NCBI GenBank assembly: GCA_016196285.1
Contig: JACPXY010000004.1
Location: forward strand, 1-38,551
Length of the DNA: 38,551 bases
Direction: 5' to 3'
Source: Candidatus Pacearchaeota archaeon
Lineage (GTDB): Archaea > Nanobdellota > Nanobdellia > Pacearchaeales > GW2011-AR1
Position 1 is the first letter of the stretch; the number at the start of each line of letters is the position of its first letter. The position numbers were made by a program, and so were the translations under genes. A model generated the notes under the pieces. The model worked only from the letters and a program-made list of their open reading frames with translations. It was not told the DNA's origin and did no database searches. Below, piece after piece: positions 9,874 to 18,963 of the stretch.

Positions 9874-10443
9874 ATGTTCTGGAATAAAAAGGGTGACAAG
9901 GCTTCACTTCCCGATCTTCCTCCGCTTAAAACAGGTTTTGCACAACCTCTCTCGATATCTGATGATGAAGATGATGGTATCATTGAGAAACACGACCTTC
10001 CCTCATTTCCAGATTCTCCTATAAAACAAGGATTCTCGCAGGCAGCTATCAAAGATGCTGTGACGACTCAAGAGATAGAGGAAGATTCAGCAGGAATGAA
10101 TGAAGAAGATGAGTTCCAGTCAACAGCGCCTCCTCTTCCACTGCCGAGATTTAAGTCAGCACCTCTTGAAAGGTCTTTACCGCCTCCTCCTGAACCAGAG
10201 CCGGCAGTATTCAAAAAACCAATAAAGGGAGATGTTTTTGTAAAGATTGATAAGTTCCATGCAGCACGGCGTGCATTACAAGCAGCACAGGAAAAAGTTG
10301 ATGAAATAGACCATCTGCTAAAGAAAATCAGGGAGACGAGAATGAGAGAAGAACAAGAGCTTACTGCGTGGGAGAAGGATATTACCTCCGTAAAGACCAG
10401 GGTTGAGGACGTTTCAAAGAATCTATTTGATAAGCTCACATGA
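9874..10443 (+). CDS. Hypothetical protein (Pro/acidic N-terminus, coiled-coil C-terminus)
   Basis: Long ORF; VFVKIDKF followed by a heptad-rich helix. ATG 9874 lies 29 nt after the TATA. Confidence 0.7.
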   Translation: MFWNKKGDKASLPDLPPLKTGFAQPLSISDDEDDGIIEKHDLPSFPDSPIKQGFSQAAIKDAVTTQEIEEDSAGMNEEDEFQSTAPPLPLPRFKSAPLERSLPPPPEPEPAVFKKPIKGDVFVKIDKFHAARRALQAAQEKVDEIDHLLKKIRETRMREEQELTAWEKDITSVKTRVEDVSKNLFDKLT

Positions 10444-10766
10444 GTTCTGAGTATGTCCGTTTTCTAGCAGATGAATCTCAGGCAATTCAAAAAGATGCGT
10501 TGACTGCTGAGCTTGAAACACTCACTTCTCTAAAGCACCTTCACGAGTACAAAAAGTTTAGACATGAGGGATTCAAACTTAAAATCTCTCTCAAGTCTAG
10601 GCTTGATGAGCTTGGAGAAAACCTTCAAGTTCTGGATAAAGTTCTCCCAATTTCTGAGGCAAAGATCAAGCACGAAGAGAAAGAGATAGTCATGCACAAA
10701 GAAGAAAAGTCCACAATTGAGGAAGAACTAGCTGAGATTCAGCGCAAGCTGGCTGCGCTGCGCTAG
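10440..10766 (+). CDS. Hypothetical coiled-coil protein
   Basis: ATGA-coupled to the upstream gene; helical E/K-rich. Confidence 0.7.
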   Translation: MSSEYVRFLADESQAIQKDALTAELETLTSLKHLHEYKKFRHEGFKLKISLKSRLDELGENLQVLDKVLPISEAKIKHEEKEIVMHKEEKSTIEEELAEIQRKLAALR

Positions 10767-10823
10767 CACACCTGATAGCTGCTGAGACTAAACATTTATA
10801 TAGTAAGTAAGGTATAACTTACT

Positions 10824-11096
10824 ATGGTAGAAATAGAAACAGCGACAATAAGCTCCAAAGGGCAGATAGTAATCCCTTCAAGTATGAGAAAAGATTTGAA
10901 AGAAGGAGATAGATTTCTTATCATAAAAGATAAATCCAGCTTCTTGTTAAAAAAAGCTGATGACTTAGATGAAAAGTTTAAAGAAGACCTTGAATTCGCA
11001 AGAAGAACCGAAGAAGCATGGAAAGAGATAGAAGAGGGAAAATTCAAGAGGATGTCTAAAGAAGAATTTCTTAAAGAGATAAGAAGCTTAAAATGA
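10824..11096 (+). CDS. AbrB/MazE/SpoVT family antitoxin
   Basis: TATISSKGQIVIPSSMRKDLKEGD signature. Confidence 0.9.
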   Translation: MVEIETATISSKGQIVIPSSMRKDLKEGDRFLIIKDKSSFLLKKADDLDEKFKEDLEFARRTEEAWKEIEEGKFKRMSKEEFLKEIRSLK

Positions 11097-11097
11097 G

Positions 11098-11337
11098 ATG
11101 GTAAAAGAGATAATCAGAACAAATAGTTTCTTGAGGAAATTGGATAAATCCATACTGGAAAAAGTTGAGAAGTTAATAATAAAACTTCTCTATAGTCCTG
11201 AGACAGGCAAACCTATGAGGCATGATAGAAAAGGAACAAGAGAAGTTTATGTTCCACCCTTCAGAATGAGTTATAGATATGATAAACCTAGAGATATTTT
11301 AATTTTTCTTGACATTTACCACAAAGACAATCAATAA
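11098..11337 (+). CDS. RelE/ParE family toxin
   Basis: 79 aa, PETGKPMR...TREVYVPPFRMSY...DIYHKD; directly after the antitoxin. Confidence 0.8.
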   Translation: MVKEIIRTNSFLRKLDKSILEKVEKLIIKLLYSPETGKPMRHDRKGTREVYVPPFRMSYRYDKPRDILIFLDIYHKDNQ

Positions 11338-11381
11338 TCCTTTCAGCAAACATTTTAATATCTCTCTTATCCCTTCTATAC

Positions 11382-13193
11382 ATGGCAATCACTTCCAGGC
11401 AGGAATTAATAAAGAGGTACATAGAGTTCTTCAAATCAAAAAAGCACAAGCACATCCCCTCCAGTTCTTTGATACCAGAAAACGACCCCACAGTTCTGTT
11501 CACAACAGCAGGCATGCATCCTCTTGTTCCGTATCTTTCAGGAGAGAAACATCCTCTAGGCTCTAGATTAGTCAATGTTCAAAAATGCATAAGAACACAA
11601 GACATAGATGAGGTGGGAGACTCCATTCATCATACTTTCTTTGAAATGCTCGGTAACTGGTCTCTCGGAGACTATTTCAAGAAAGAAGCAATCCAATTTT
11701 CATTCGAATTTCTAACTAAAGAACTCAAGCTTCCCTTAAATAAAATAGCAATTACCTGCTTTGGAGGAGATAAAAGAGTCCCTCAGCTTCCAGTAGATAA
11801 AGAATCTTCTGAAATATGGATAGATTTAGGAATACCAAAAGAACGTATTGCATTTCTTGAAGGAGGAGTATTTGAATCAAAGAAAAATTGGTGGGGTCCT
11901 GCAGGAGAAACTGGCCCTTGCGGCCCAGATACTGAAATGTTTTATTGGTCATCCAGCAAGCCAGCACCAAAAAAATTCAATCCGGAAGATGAAAACTGGG
12001 TTGAAATATGGAATGATGTTTTCATGCAGTATGAAAAGACAAAGGCAAATTCATACATCCAATTAAAGCAGAAAAATGTAGATACAGGAATGGGTGTAGA
12101 AAGAACATTAGCTGTATTAAATGGATTAGAAGATAACTATCTTACCAGCATCTTTCAGCCAGTAACAAAAGAGATAGAAAAGATATCTAATAAAAAATAC
12201 GGCAAGAATAAAGAAGATACAAAGGCAATGAGAATCATAGCAGACCACGCAAGGGCATCTATCTTTATTTTAGGAGATGAAAGAGCAATAAAGCCCAGCA
12301 ATATAGGCCAAGGCTATGTTCTAAGAAGATTAATAAGAAGAGCGGTCAGATACGGAAAGCTACTAGGAATAAAAGAAAGTTTCATGCACCATTTAATTCA
12401 TCCAATCCTAGAAGTTTATCCAGACTATCAGGAATTGCACAGAAATCACAAATTTATAGAACAAGAATTAAAAAGTGAAGAAGAAAGATTCAACTCAACT
12501 CTAGAAAAAGGATTAAAAAAGTTCAAAGAATTAAGCAAGGAAAAATTAATATCGGGAAAAGATGCTTTCTTATTATTTCAATCATACGGCTTTCCAATTG
12601 AATTCACAGAAGAATTGGCAGATGAAGCAGGAATTAAAGTTGACTTGGAAGAATACAATGAAGAATTCAAAAGACATCAAGATTTGTCAAGAACTTCATC
12701 AGCAGGAATGTTCAAATCAGGCCTCGCAGACGACAGCGAAGCAACAAGAAAATTGCACACAGCTACTCACTTGCTAAATGAAGCTCTTAGAATAGTATTG
12801 AAAGATAAAGAGATAAAACAAAAAGGCTCAAACATCACTCCCGAGCGTTTAAGATTTGACTTCAACTTCCCAAGAAAACTTACTGAAGAAGAGATAAAAG
12901 AGATAGAAAGACTCATAAATAAAAAGATAAAAGATGGATTAGAAATAATAAGGGAAGAAATTCCATTAGAACAAGCAATCAGTTCAGGAGCACAGCATGA
13001 ATTCAATGCAAGATATCCTGAACTAGTATCAGTCTACACAATCCAAGACAAGTCAGAAAAAGGGGGCTGGTTCAGCAAAGAATTCTGCACAGGCCCCCAT
13101 GTCAATAACACATCAGAGCTTGGAAGCTTCAAAATAACAAAGGAAGAATCAGTCTCTGCAGGAATCAGAAGGATAAAAGCAGTTGTGGGATAA
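11382..13193 (+). CDS. alaS: Alanine--tRNA ligase, short form lacking C-Ala
   Basis: DPTVLFTTAGM, QKCIR, HHTFFEMLGNWS, GPCGPDTE, VDTGMGVER, GYVLRRLIRRA; editing HTATH and CTGPH; ends at GIRRIKA. Confidence 0.97.
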   Translation: MAITSRQELIKRYIEFFKSKKHKHIPSSSLIPENDPTVLFTTAGMHPLVPYLSGEKHPLGSRLVNVQKCIRTQDIDEVGDSIHHTFFEMLGNWSLGDYFKKEAIQFSFEFLTKELKLPLNKIAITCFGGDKRVPQLPVDKESSEIWIDLGIPKERIAFLEGGVFESKKNWWGPAGETGPCGPDTEMFYWSSSKPAPKKFNPEDENWVEIWNDVFMQYEKTKANSYIQLKQKNVDTGMGVERTLAVLNGLEDNYLTSIFQPVTKEIEKISNKKYGKNKEDTKAMRIIADHARASIFILGDERAIKPSNIGQGYVLRRLIRRAVRYGKLLGIKESFMHHLIHPILEVYPDYQELHRNHKFIEQELKSEEERFNSTLEKGLKKFKELSKEKLISGKDAFLLFQSYGFPIEFTEELADEAGIKVDLEEYNEEFKRHQDLSRTSSAGMFKSGLADDSEATRKLHTATHLLNEALRIVLKDKEIKQKGSNITPERLRFDFNFPRKLTEEEIKEIERLINKKIKDGLEIIREEIPLEQAISSGAQHEFNARYPELVSVYTIQDKSEKGGWFSKEFCTGPHVNNTSELGSFKITKEESVSAGIRRIKAVVG

Positions 13194-13242
13194 GATGAAG
13201 ACAAAAGTGAAGCTCCAAGAGGGGTTTGTCTACGGCAGTGTG

Positions 13243-13311
13243 GAGCATCAGAAAAAAGACTATCGTTAGCTCATACAACTAAGATTTTATAGTCAGACAT
13301 CAGGTGATTAT
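13243..13311. repeat. Degenerate internal fragment (D) of the hairpin element family
   Basis: GAGCATCAGAAA..TATCGTTA..CAACT..TCAGACA..GATTAT is colinear with 16009-16077 and 7635-7680. Confidence 0.4.
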
Positions 13312-13413
13312 CTTTGGGACACATCTTACTGTCACAAAAGAATTCTCGGCAAAGAGCGTTAAGAAGCTGTTCACCTGAGCAATATTTAAATACAATTCTG
13401 ATGTATACATAGA

Positions 13414-13806
13414 ATGAAACAAAGGGTCCAGCATGCAGTTTACTTTATCGGATGTAATGAGCTGGGAGAAGTAGATCTTAAAGCATTTGAGCCTCTAGTA
13501 AGACACACAAGACAGTGCAGCCAGGTAATTACTGATTATAGGGCTGCAGAAGAAGTTTCTCTTGATGCAGCAATAGTAGCTGCTTCTGGACAGCACGAAC
13601 TGGCAGCCCGTTGCCAGGTAACTCAATTAAAGAATGAAGGAATACCTGTACTCTTTCTTGAACACATCACTTCTGGGGAAAGTAAAAAGGAGAAAACCGT
13701 GTATGGTGCACATGTCACATACAAAGAAGATGCACGTGCCTATCACGCAATCACTGAATTTATACGCTGCAGAATTACCAGAAAGAAAAGAGCTAAGCAC
13801 TACTGA
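13414..13806 (+). CDS. Hypothetical protein (possibly a degenerate nucleoside 2-deoxyribosyltransferase-like alpha/beta fold)
   Basis: TATA at -29; VYFIG...DAAIV...GIPVLFL pattern. The fold guess is weak. Confidence 0.5.
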   Translation: MKQRVQHAVYFIGCNELGEVDLKAFEPLVRHTRQCSQVITDYRAAEEVSLDAAIVAASGQHELAARCQVTQLKNEGIPVLFLEHITSGESKKEKTVYGAHVTYKEDARAYHAITEFIRCRITRKKRAKHY

Positions 13807-14575
13807 AAGAGAGATAGAGTAAAAGTCCTGCTGCGAGGGAGAGTGCATAAAATGCAAACCAGCGCAGATTCTTTCTTGAGTTTAATATTACCTTGAACAT
13901 CCAGTGTATAACCAGCAATCCGACAAGGAAAGAGACAAGTGTTGCCCAAATCAGCTCAGACGGCAATTGTTGATTTCCAATAACCAGGATATTGGCACCG
14001 AAGATAATCGGAATCGCCATAAGAAAAGAGAAACGCGCAGCAGCTTTCTGCTCAAGGCCAAGTAGCATGCCAGTTGCCAAGGTGCTTCCTGAACGCGAGA
14101 TGCCTGGAAGGATAGAAGCGGCTTGTGCAACGCCTACGAGAAGTGCATCGAATGGAGAGAGCATCTTCTTTCGCTTCTTAAAGTCCAGTGAGGCAATCAA
14201 GAGAAACGCGCCAGTCACTGCAAATCCCAGTGCTGCAACCAACAAACTGGAGAAGATGCCTTCAAAAAAATTAAAGAACGTATAACCGATAAGTGCTGCG
14301 GGAATGCTTGCAACAATCAAAAGCACACCTGTCTTTCCTTCTTGCGTGTCAAAACGAAAGCGTAAAACATCTCGTAGTATATCAACAATATCCTTGCCGA
14401 AATACACAAATACCGCCATTAAAGTTCCGAAATGCAGAGCCACCTCGAATAATAGTCCTCCTGAATAGCCCAGCAGATGCTCAAATAGGAGTAAATGCCC
14501 TGAACTTGAGATAGGCAGCCACTCAGTAATGCCCTGCACAACAGCCAAAATCAGCGCAGCAAGCAGATCATTCAT
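13793..14575 (-). CDS. uppP: Undecaprenyl-diphosphate phosphatase (BacA/UppP)
   Basis: VQGITEWLPISSSGH, HFGTLMAV, PGISRSGST, AARFSFL. Confidence 0.95.
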   Translation of the reverse strand: MNDLLAALILAVVQGITEWLPISSSGHLLLFEHLLGYSGGLLFEVALHFGTLMAVFVYFGKDIVDILRDVLRFRFDTQEGKTGVLLIVASIPAALIGYTFFNFFEGIFSSLLVAALGFAVTGAFLLIASLDFKKRKKMLSPFDALLVGVAQAASILPGISRSGSTLATGMLLGLEQKAAARFSFLMAIPIIFGANILVIGNQQLPSELIWATLVSFLVGLLVIHWMFKVILNSRKNLRWFAFYALSLAAGLLLYLSFSSA

Positions 14576-14723
14576 CTGGCTCCTGACACATAACAGTTAA
14601 TAAAGATAACGAAATCCATTAAAGTAGCGTCACCTGATTTTTTCAAAGCGAAAAATCAAATCTAACCACCTATTTTCTACCAACTCTAAATTCAGAATAC
14701 ACTTTATTAGCAGTCGAAACTAG

Positions 14724-14750
14724 GAAAGAATAAAAAAGAAAAGAAAAAGG
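14724..14750 (-). terminator. Oligo-T archaeal terminator after the Zn-finger gene
   Basis: Minus strand CCTTTTTCTTTTCTTTTTTATTCTTTC just after the stop at 14757. Confidence 0.5.
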
Positions 14751-14756
14751 CAGGAA

Positions 14757-14930
14757 TTACAGGCGGCAATCCCAACACAGCAGCGGAAGCTGTATACGTC
14801 GTGCGCGTATGGCGCGCACTACTTCCTCGACCTGGACCTCGTCGCCATCACGGCTGAGGTCATAGCTCAAGTCAAAGATAGCTCCACACGAGCTGCATCG
14901 GGCAGGGAGGGCACAGGCTTGGCTTTCCAT
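14757..14930 (-). CDS. Small zinc-finger protein (57 aa)
   Basis: Manual translation MESQACALPARCSSCGAIFDLSYDLSRDGDEVQVEEVVRAIRARRIQLPLLCWDCRL*; two CxxC, upstream TATA-like tract, downstream T-tract; below the ORF-track cutoff. Confidence 0.75.
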   Translation of the reverse strand: MESQACALPARCSSCGAIFDLSYDLSRDGDEVQVEEVVRAIRARRIQLPLLCWDCRL

Positions 14931-15157
14931 AGCAAAAATATGCTGTACAAGTATATATACTAAGTACGAAATACAATAGACTGATTCCTATGCCATAATT
15001 CTTTTATACTCATTCACTTAAAAAAGACAAAGCCGATTAATTGGAAGAAAGTTACGCCCTATTTAAAGCATGCTCCTCGAGAAACAGAGTGTCACTAAGA
15101 GAAGAGTTCACGCTCGACGGTAGGAAAAATACTTAAACTCTGGAGAAATACACGAGC

Positions 15158-15352
15158 ATGGAAGAAGCTAAGAAAGAAGAAGAGCCTGCGCTGGTTCTTG
15201 AATCAGGAAGCTATGAGATCACCGGACCGTCCACTGGAGAGATACAAATGGATACCCTTATTTTAAAGAGCGGCTCCGGTGCAACTAGAATCTGGAAGCT
15301 CAAGTCCTTGGATAAGAAGCAGGCACTCTTCGAGATTGTAAAGTTCGGGTAA
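15158..15352 (+). CDS. Small hypothetical protein
   Basis: 64-aa ORF with CTTAAA about 26 nt upstream and a GGAG. Confidence 0.55.
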   Translation: MEEAKKEEEPALVLESGSYEITGPSTGEIQMDTLILKSGSGATRIWKLKSLDKKQALFEIVKFG

Positions 15353-15474
15353 GTAAAATTAACCGCAATTCAAGTTCGCCGCTTAATACTAAATTCACAA
15401 TATGCAGCGCCATTCTCCGTCAAAGTCTAAAACCTAATCGAAAGACTTAAATATGTGCTTACACATAATTAAGT

Positions 15475-15693
15475 ATGACGAACATGACTTTATCAATACC
15501 AGAATCACTTTTTGAGAAAATGAAAGCAATGAAGGAAATGCGTTGGAGTGAGATAGCCAGGCAGGCATTTGAGAGCAAGATAAAAGAAGCCGATTTTGAG
15601 GAAAGCTTGTTAAAGAAAAGCAAAATAACTGCAAAAGATATTGAAGAGATAAGCAGTAAAATAAAGAGAGAGATTGCTAAGGACTTGGGGTAA
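15475..15693 (+). CDS. CopG/RHH family antitoxin (VapB-like)
   Basis: MTNMTLSIPESL..KMK...EMRWSEIARQAF. Confidence 0.85.
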   Translation: MTNMTLSIPESLFEKMKAMKEMRWSEIARQAFESKIKEADFEESLLKKSKITAKDIEEISSKIKREIAKDLG

Positions 15694-15694
15694 A

Positions 15695-15983
15695 GTGAAA
15701 ATAGTTATAGATGTTAATATTTTGATATCCGCTCTATTGAAAGACTCTAAAACAAGGAGTATTATAAAAAGTTCAGGCATGGATCTTTATTTTCCAGAGA
15801 TTGCTTTTCATAAGATTAGCCGAGGAATTAATGAAAACAATTGATGAAGAGGATTACCCTTTTGTTGCAGCAGCTTTAAGTTTGGGTAATGATGGAGTAG
15901 TCTGGAGTGAAGACAAACATTTTGAAAAGCAGAATATAGTTAAAATTATAAAAACAACTGACTTAGAAAAATTTGTTTCTTAG
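15695..15983 (+). pseudogene. PIN-domain (VapC) toxin, frameshifted with an internal deletion
   Basis: First frame from GTG 15695: VKIVIDVNILISALLKDSKTRSII...LYFPEIAFHKI, then stop at about 15844. Second frame carries AEELMKTIDEEDYPFVAAAL...VWSEDKHF. The middle helices are missing. Confidence 0.85.
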
Positions 15984-16163
15984 TGAAGAACCCTATAGCA
16001 AGACCATAGAGCATCAGAAAGAAGAAACATTATTATGTCCCGCAACTGCTCATCTTTATCAGACACGCGATAATTATAATTGTTAGACTATCTTAGGTTT
16101 ATATTGTAATCCTGCCTTGCTTTATCCCCAAGGCAAGACCTTGGGGTATTGGAAAACAATAAA
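15984..16163 (-). mobile_element. Full copy (B) of a non-autonomous IS200/IS605-like palindrome element (PATE/MITE-like)
   Basis: Two related hairpins (CCCTATAGCAAGACCATAGAG and perfect CCCCAAGG-CAAGA-CCTTGGGG); colinear with 30523-30673; minus strand begins TTTAT and ends GGGTTCTTCA. Confidence 0.7.
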
Positions 16164-16195
16164 CAACCCGTCCGCAGCAAGCTGTGGGGTAAAAC
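16164..16195 (-). repeat. Short CCGCAGCAAGCTGYGG hairpin element (F)
   Basis: AACCCGTCCGCAGCAAGCTGTGGGGTAAAAC is near-identical to 19628-19657. Confidence 0.7.
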
Positions 16196-16226
16196 GATTA
16201 AAGTATATTCATCTCCTTAATTCTTT

Positions 16227-18941
16227 CTATTCAACATAAATTCCTGGCTTGCCCGGTCTGGCTTTCCCTGCTTTGCCGGTTGGGTCATGCTTTTTCGGGT
16301 CGTTGACTGCATATACTTCAACTGACATTCCGACTCTTTTCGTCAGTATCTTTGCAGAGTAAGTATCGTACTCATGAGGCAGTACATAAACATACACTTT
16401 TTCTGGATTCTTCCGCTGTTTCTCCTTAACTAATGCAAGCACGTGTAAAATGTCAGTTACGGTAGTATCAACTGCGTGTTCCGCCTGCTCAAGCTTCATG
16501 TCAATTTGCCCCTCATCATGCTCTGGCCAAGAGGCAAGACTGACAAATCCATTCTTGCCGAAAATGCTCCACACTTCTTCAGCAGTATGGGGACACACTG
16601 GTGCTATCAATCGCACCCATGAGTTGCCTATTAAATAATAGAATGCGTATAGTTCTTTCTTCTCCATAACCAATTTTGCATCTTTCACAAGTCGAAGCAT
16701 ATCAAAGATTGCCGCAGCAGTATATTCACGCAGCTTCATCTGAGATAATTTCTCTCCCGCATTCTTGAGAATGCTATTGAACCGAGAGATAAATAATGGT
16801 CTGACAGCTCCTTTCTTTCGCATCGTAGCAGCTTCCTGCAAGGTCGCATAAACTCGTTCAATCGTAGCTTTTGCATTCTGTGCCTCACTCTCTCTCCAGT
16901 CAAACGTACCTTCAATGTTTGTTGAGTTCGTCAAGTAGAATCTGAATACATCTGCACCGTATTTCTTCTTGATATCCAGCAAAGTGATGACATTTCCCTT
17001 GCTCTTGCTCATCTTGCTCCCCTCACTGACCACTAAGCCATGGAAGCTGATGGCCCTCGGCCAGTAATTCTCAGGAAAGATGCTGGCAAAGGCAAAAAGC
17101 ATGAAGGAGAGATGATTTGGCAAGTGCAGCGTGAAGGTATGTCTCTGGTCAACTGGCATCCAATACTCGAAACTCTTTCGTAACTCGAGAAGCACCGGTT
17201 CCTTGATCTTCGTCTTCTTGGCAACTTCCTTCATTGCACCCTTCCCTGCATAAACATAATCAAAAAAAACAGTGCTCAGCTGCTCACGTTTCAGCTTATT
17301 TTTTCTAATCAAATGATTGATTGTGTAAAGAGTCATATACAGAGTAGAATCTGAGAGCGACTCAATAATCCAATTTGTATCAAAGGGAAACGGTGTCCCC
17401 AGACCGCGCTTCCTGGCGCAAGGCCTCTTGTCAAGCCATGCAAACGTATCAATGAACTGCGCACGGGTACGTTCAGGCAGCAGTTTTGTTTTCTGCAGGC
17501 ACTCAGCTGCTTTCTCTTTCCATCCTGGTGCATTGAAATCAATGAACCATTGGTTATCAAGCAAGGCAACAATAATCTTTCCGCCGCTTCGTGAGACTGC
17601 CTTTCTGCTAGGCTCATACATAATTGCTGCTTCATGCTTTGCTAACATAATGTGCTTCATCTTCTCCTTAGCTTCTTTGACCAGCATGCCTTCATATGCC
17701 TCACAGTTTTCATTCAGCGTTCCTGCATGATATCCTTCTTTATACACTTCCTGCGTCAGTTTCTCAAGCCGAGGATCGTCTTGTGTAATAACCTGTGTTG
17801 TTTCTACAACTTTGACTGCCGCTTTATCGCCATACTTTGCAGTGGTGATGATAGGTATCACCTCAATCTCCTCTATATCTTCAATCTGAGACAGGGTGAA
17901 TCCTATCTTCTTTTTCTGTTCAGCAGAAAGCCGTTGCAGCTCACGTAAAGCTACATAATCATACGGTGCGTCGCTCGGCACAGAAGTTACAATGCCTGTT
18001 CCAACATCAGCATCAACGAACCTTGAAGGCAGGATCATGAGCTCTCGATGAATCATTGGTGCAAGCGCTTTCTTTCCCAGCAAGGATTCTTTCAAGTAAC
18101 CTATTTTCTTGATGTCGCTTCGCTGGTAACGCAGTTTCTCATATCCTTCCTCACTCATAATCCATATCTCCTCGCCTACTTCTGCCTCGATATAACTCAC
18201 TTCTGGATTAATCCACAGGTTCGTCTGTCCAAAAACAGTTTCCGGCCTCAAAGTAGCAGCTACTAAAAATTTCTTCCCGAATGAGAACTTAAGCAAGGTA
18301 AATTCTATCTTTTCCACAGGCTCAGAGTCAGCATCTTGAATGTCATCTTCTCCCATAGCACTCTCATCATCAGGACAATACAGCACCGGATATCTCTCCT
18401 TAATCAAGTAGCCTTTTTTCCTATACTGCTCAAACTGCCAGCTCACCATCTGTTGATGTTCCATATCTCCTGAGGTAAATTGCCTCCTCCAGTCAACGCT
18501 CAATCCGAGCTGCTTGTATTCTTCCATCATACGCGGAATAAAGAAATCGACAATCTTCTGTGGGTTTGCAAATGACTTGACGATTTTCTTGACTTTATCT
18601 TTACTCGTCACATACGCACCAACATATTCTTCATACAAATTGATCTTTTCTGTATCGCCTGCCTTGATGGCTGCAGAGATGCCAAGCACAGGAGTTCCAG
18701 TAATATGAAATGCCATCGGATAGAGCACATTATAACCTTTCATACGGAGGTATCTGCAGAAAATATCGCTCTCGCTTACTGCTCGTCCATGACCTACATG
18801 TAGGCTTCCAGAAATGTAGGGATAGGGAGTCGTGAAGAAGAACTTCTTCTTGCCATCAGGTTCAGCTTCGAATATTCTAGTCTTCTCCCACCTCTGTTGC
18901 CACTTCTTCTCTATCTTTGAGAAGTCAAGTTCGTTTCCCAT
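16227..18941 (-). CDS. leuS: Leucine--tRNA ligase (archaeal type)
   Basis: PYPYISGSLHVGH, ATLRPET, GTGIVTSVPSDAPYD, ESLSDSTLY, KMSKS. Start set at ATG 18941. Confidence 0.97.
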   Translation of the reverse strand: MGNELDFSKIEKKWQQRWEKTRIFEAEPDGKKKFFFTTPYPYISGSLHVGHGRAVSESDIFCRYLRMKGYNVLYPMAFHITGTPVLGISAAIKAGDTEKINLYEEYVGAYVTSKDKVKKIVKSFANPQKIVDFFIPRMMEEYKQLGLSVDWRRQFTSGDMEHQQMVSWQFEQYRKKGYLIKERYPVLYCPDDESAMGEDDIQDADSEPVEKIEFTLLKFSFGKKFLVAATLRPETVFGQTNLWINPEVSYIEAEVGEEIWIMSEEGYEKLRYQRSDIKKIGYLKESLLGKKALAPMIHRELMILPSRFVDADVGTGIVTSVPSDAPYDYVALRELQRLSAEQKKKIGFTLSQIEDIEEIEVIPIITTAKYGDKAAVKVVETTQVITQDDPRLEKLTQEVYKEGYHAGTLNENCEAYEGMLVKEAKEKMKHIMLAKHEAAIMYEPSRKAVSRSGGKIIVALLDNQWFIDFNAPGWKEKAAECLQKTKLLPERTRAQFIDTFAWLDKRPCARKRGLGTPFPFDTNWIIESLSDSTLYMTLYTINHLIRKNKLKREQLSTVFFDYVYAGKGAMKEVAKKTKIKEPVLLELRKSFEYWMPVDQRHTFTLHLPNHLSFMLFAFASIFPENYWPRAISFHGLVVSEGSKMSKSKGNVITLLDIKKKYGADVFRFYLTNSTNIEGTFDWRESEAQNAKATIERVYATLQEAATMRKKGAVRPLFISRFNSILKNAGEKLSQMKLREYTAAAIFDMLRLVKDAKLVMEKKELYAFYYLIGNSWVRLIAPVCPHTAEEVWSIFGKNGFVSLASWPEHDEGQIDMKLEQAEHAVDTTVTDILHVLALVKEKQRKNPEKVYVYVLPHEYDTYSAKILTKRVGMSVEVYAVNDPKKHDPTGKAGKARPGKPGIYVE

Positions 18942-18963
18942 CCACTCTTCTGTAGAATCAATC

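Noticed and set aside
15695-15983. Programmed frameshift in the PIN gene
   Set aside because: No convincing slippery site, and the fused product would still lack the central helices
15984-16195. CRISPR array
   Set aside because: Three related hairpins but not identical repeats, spacing is irregular and no cas genes are present
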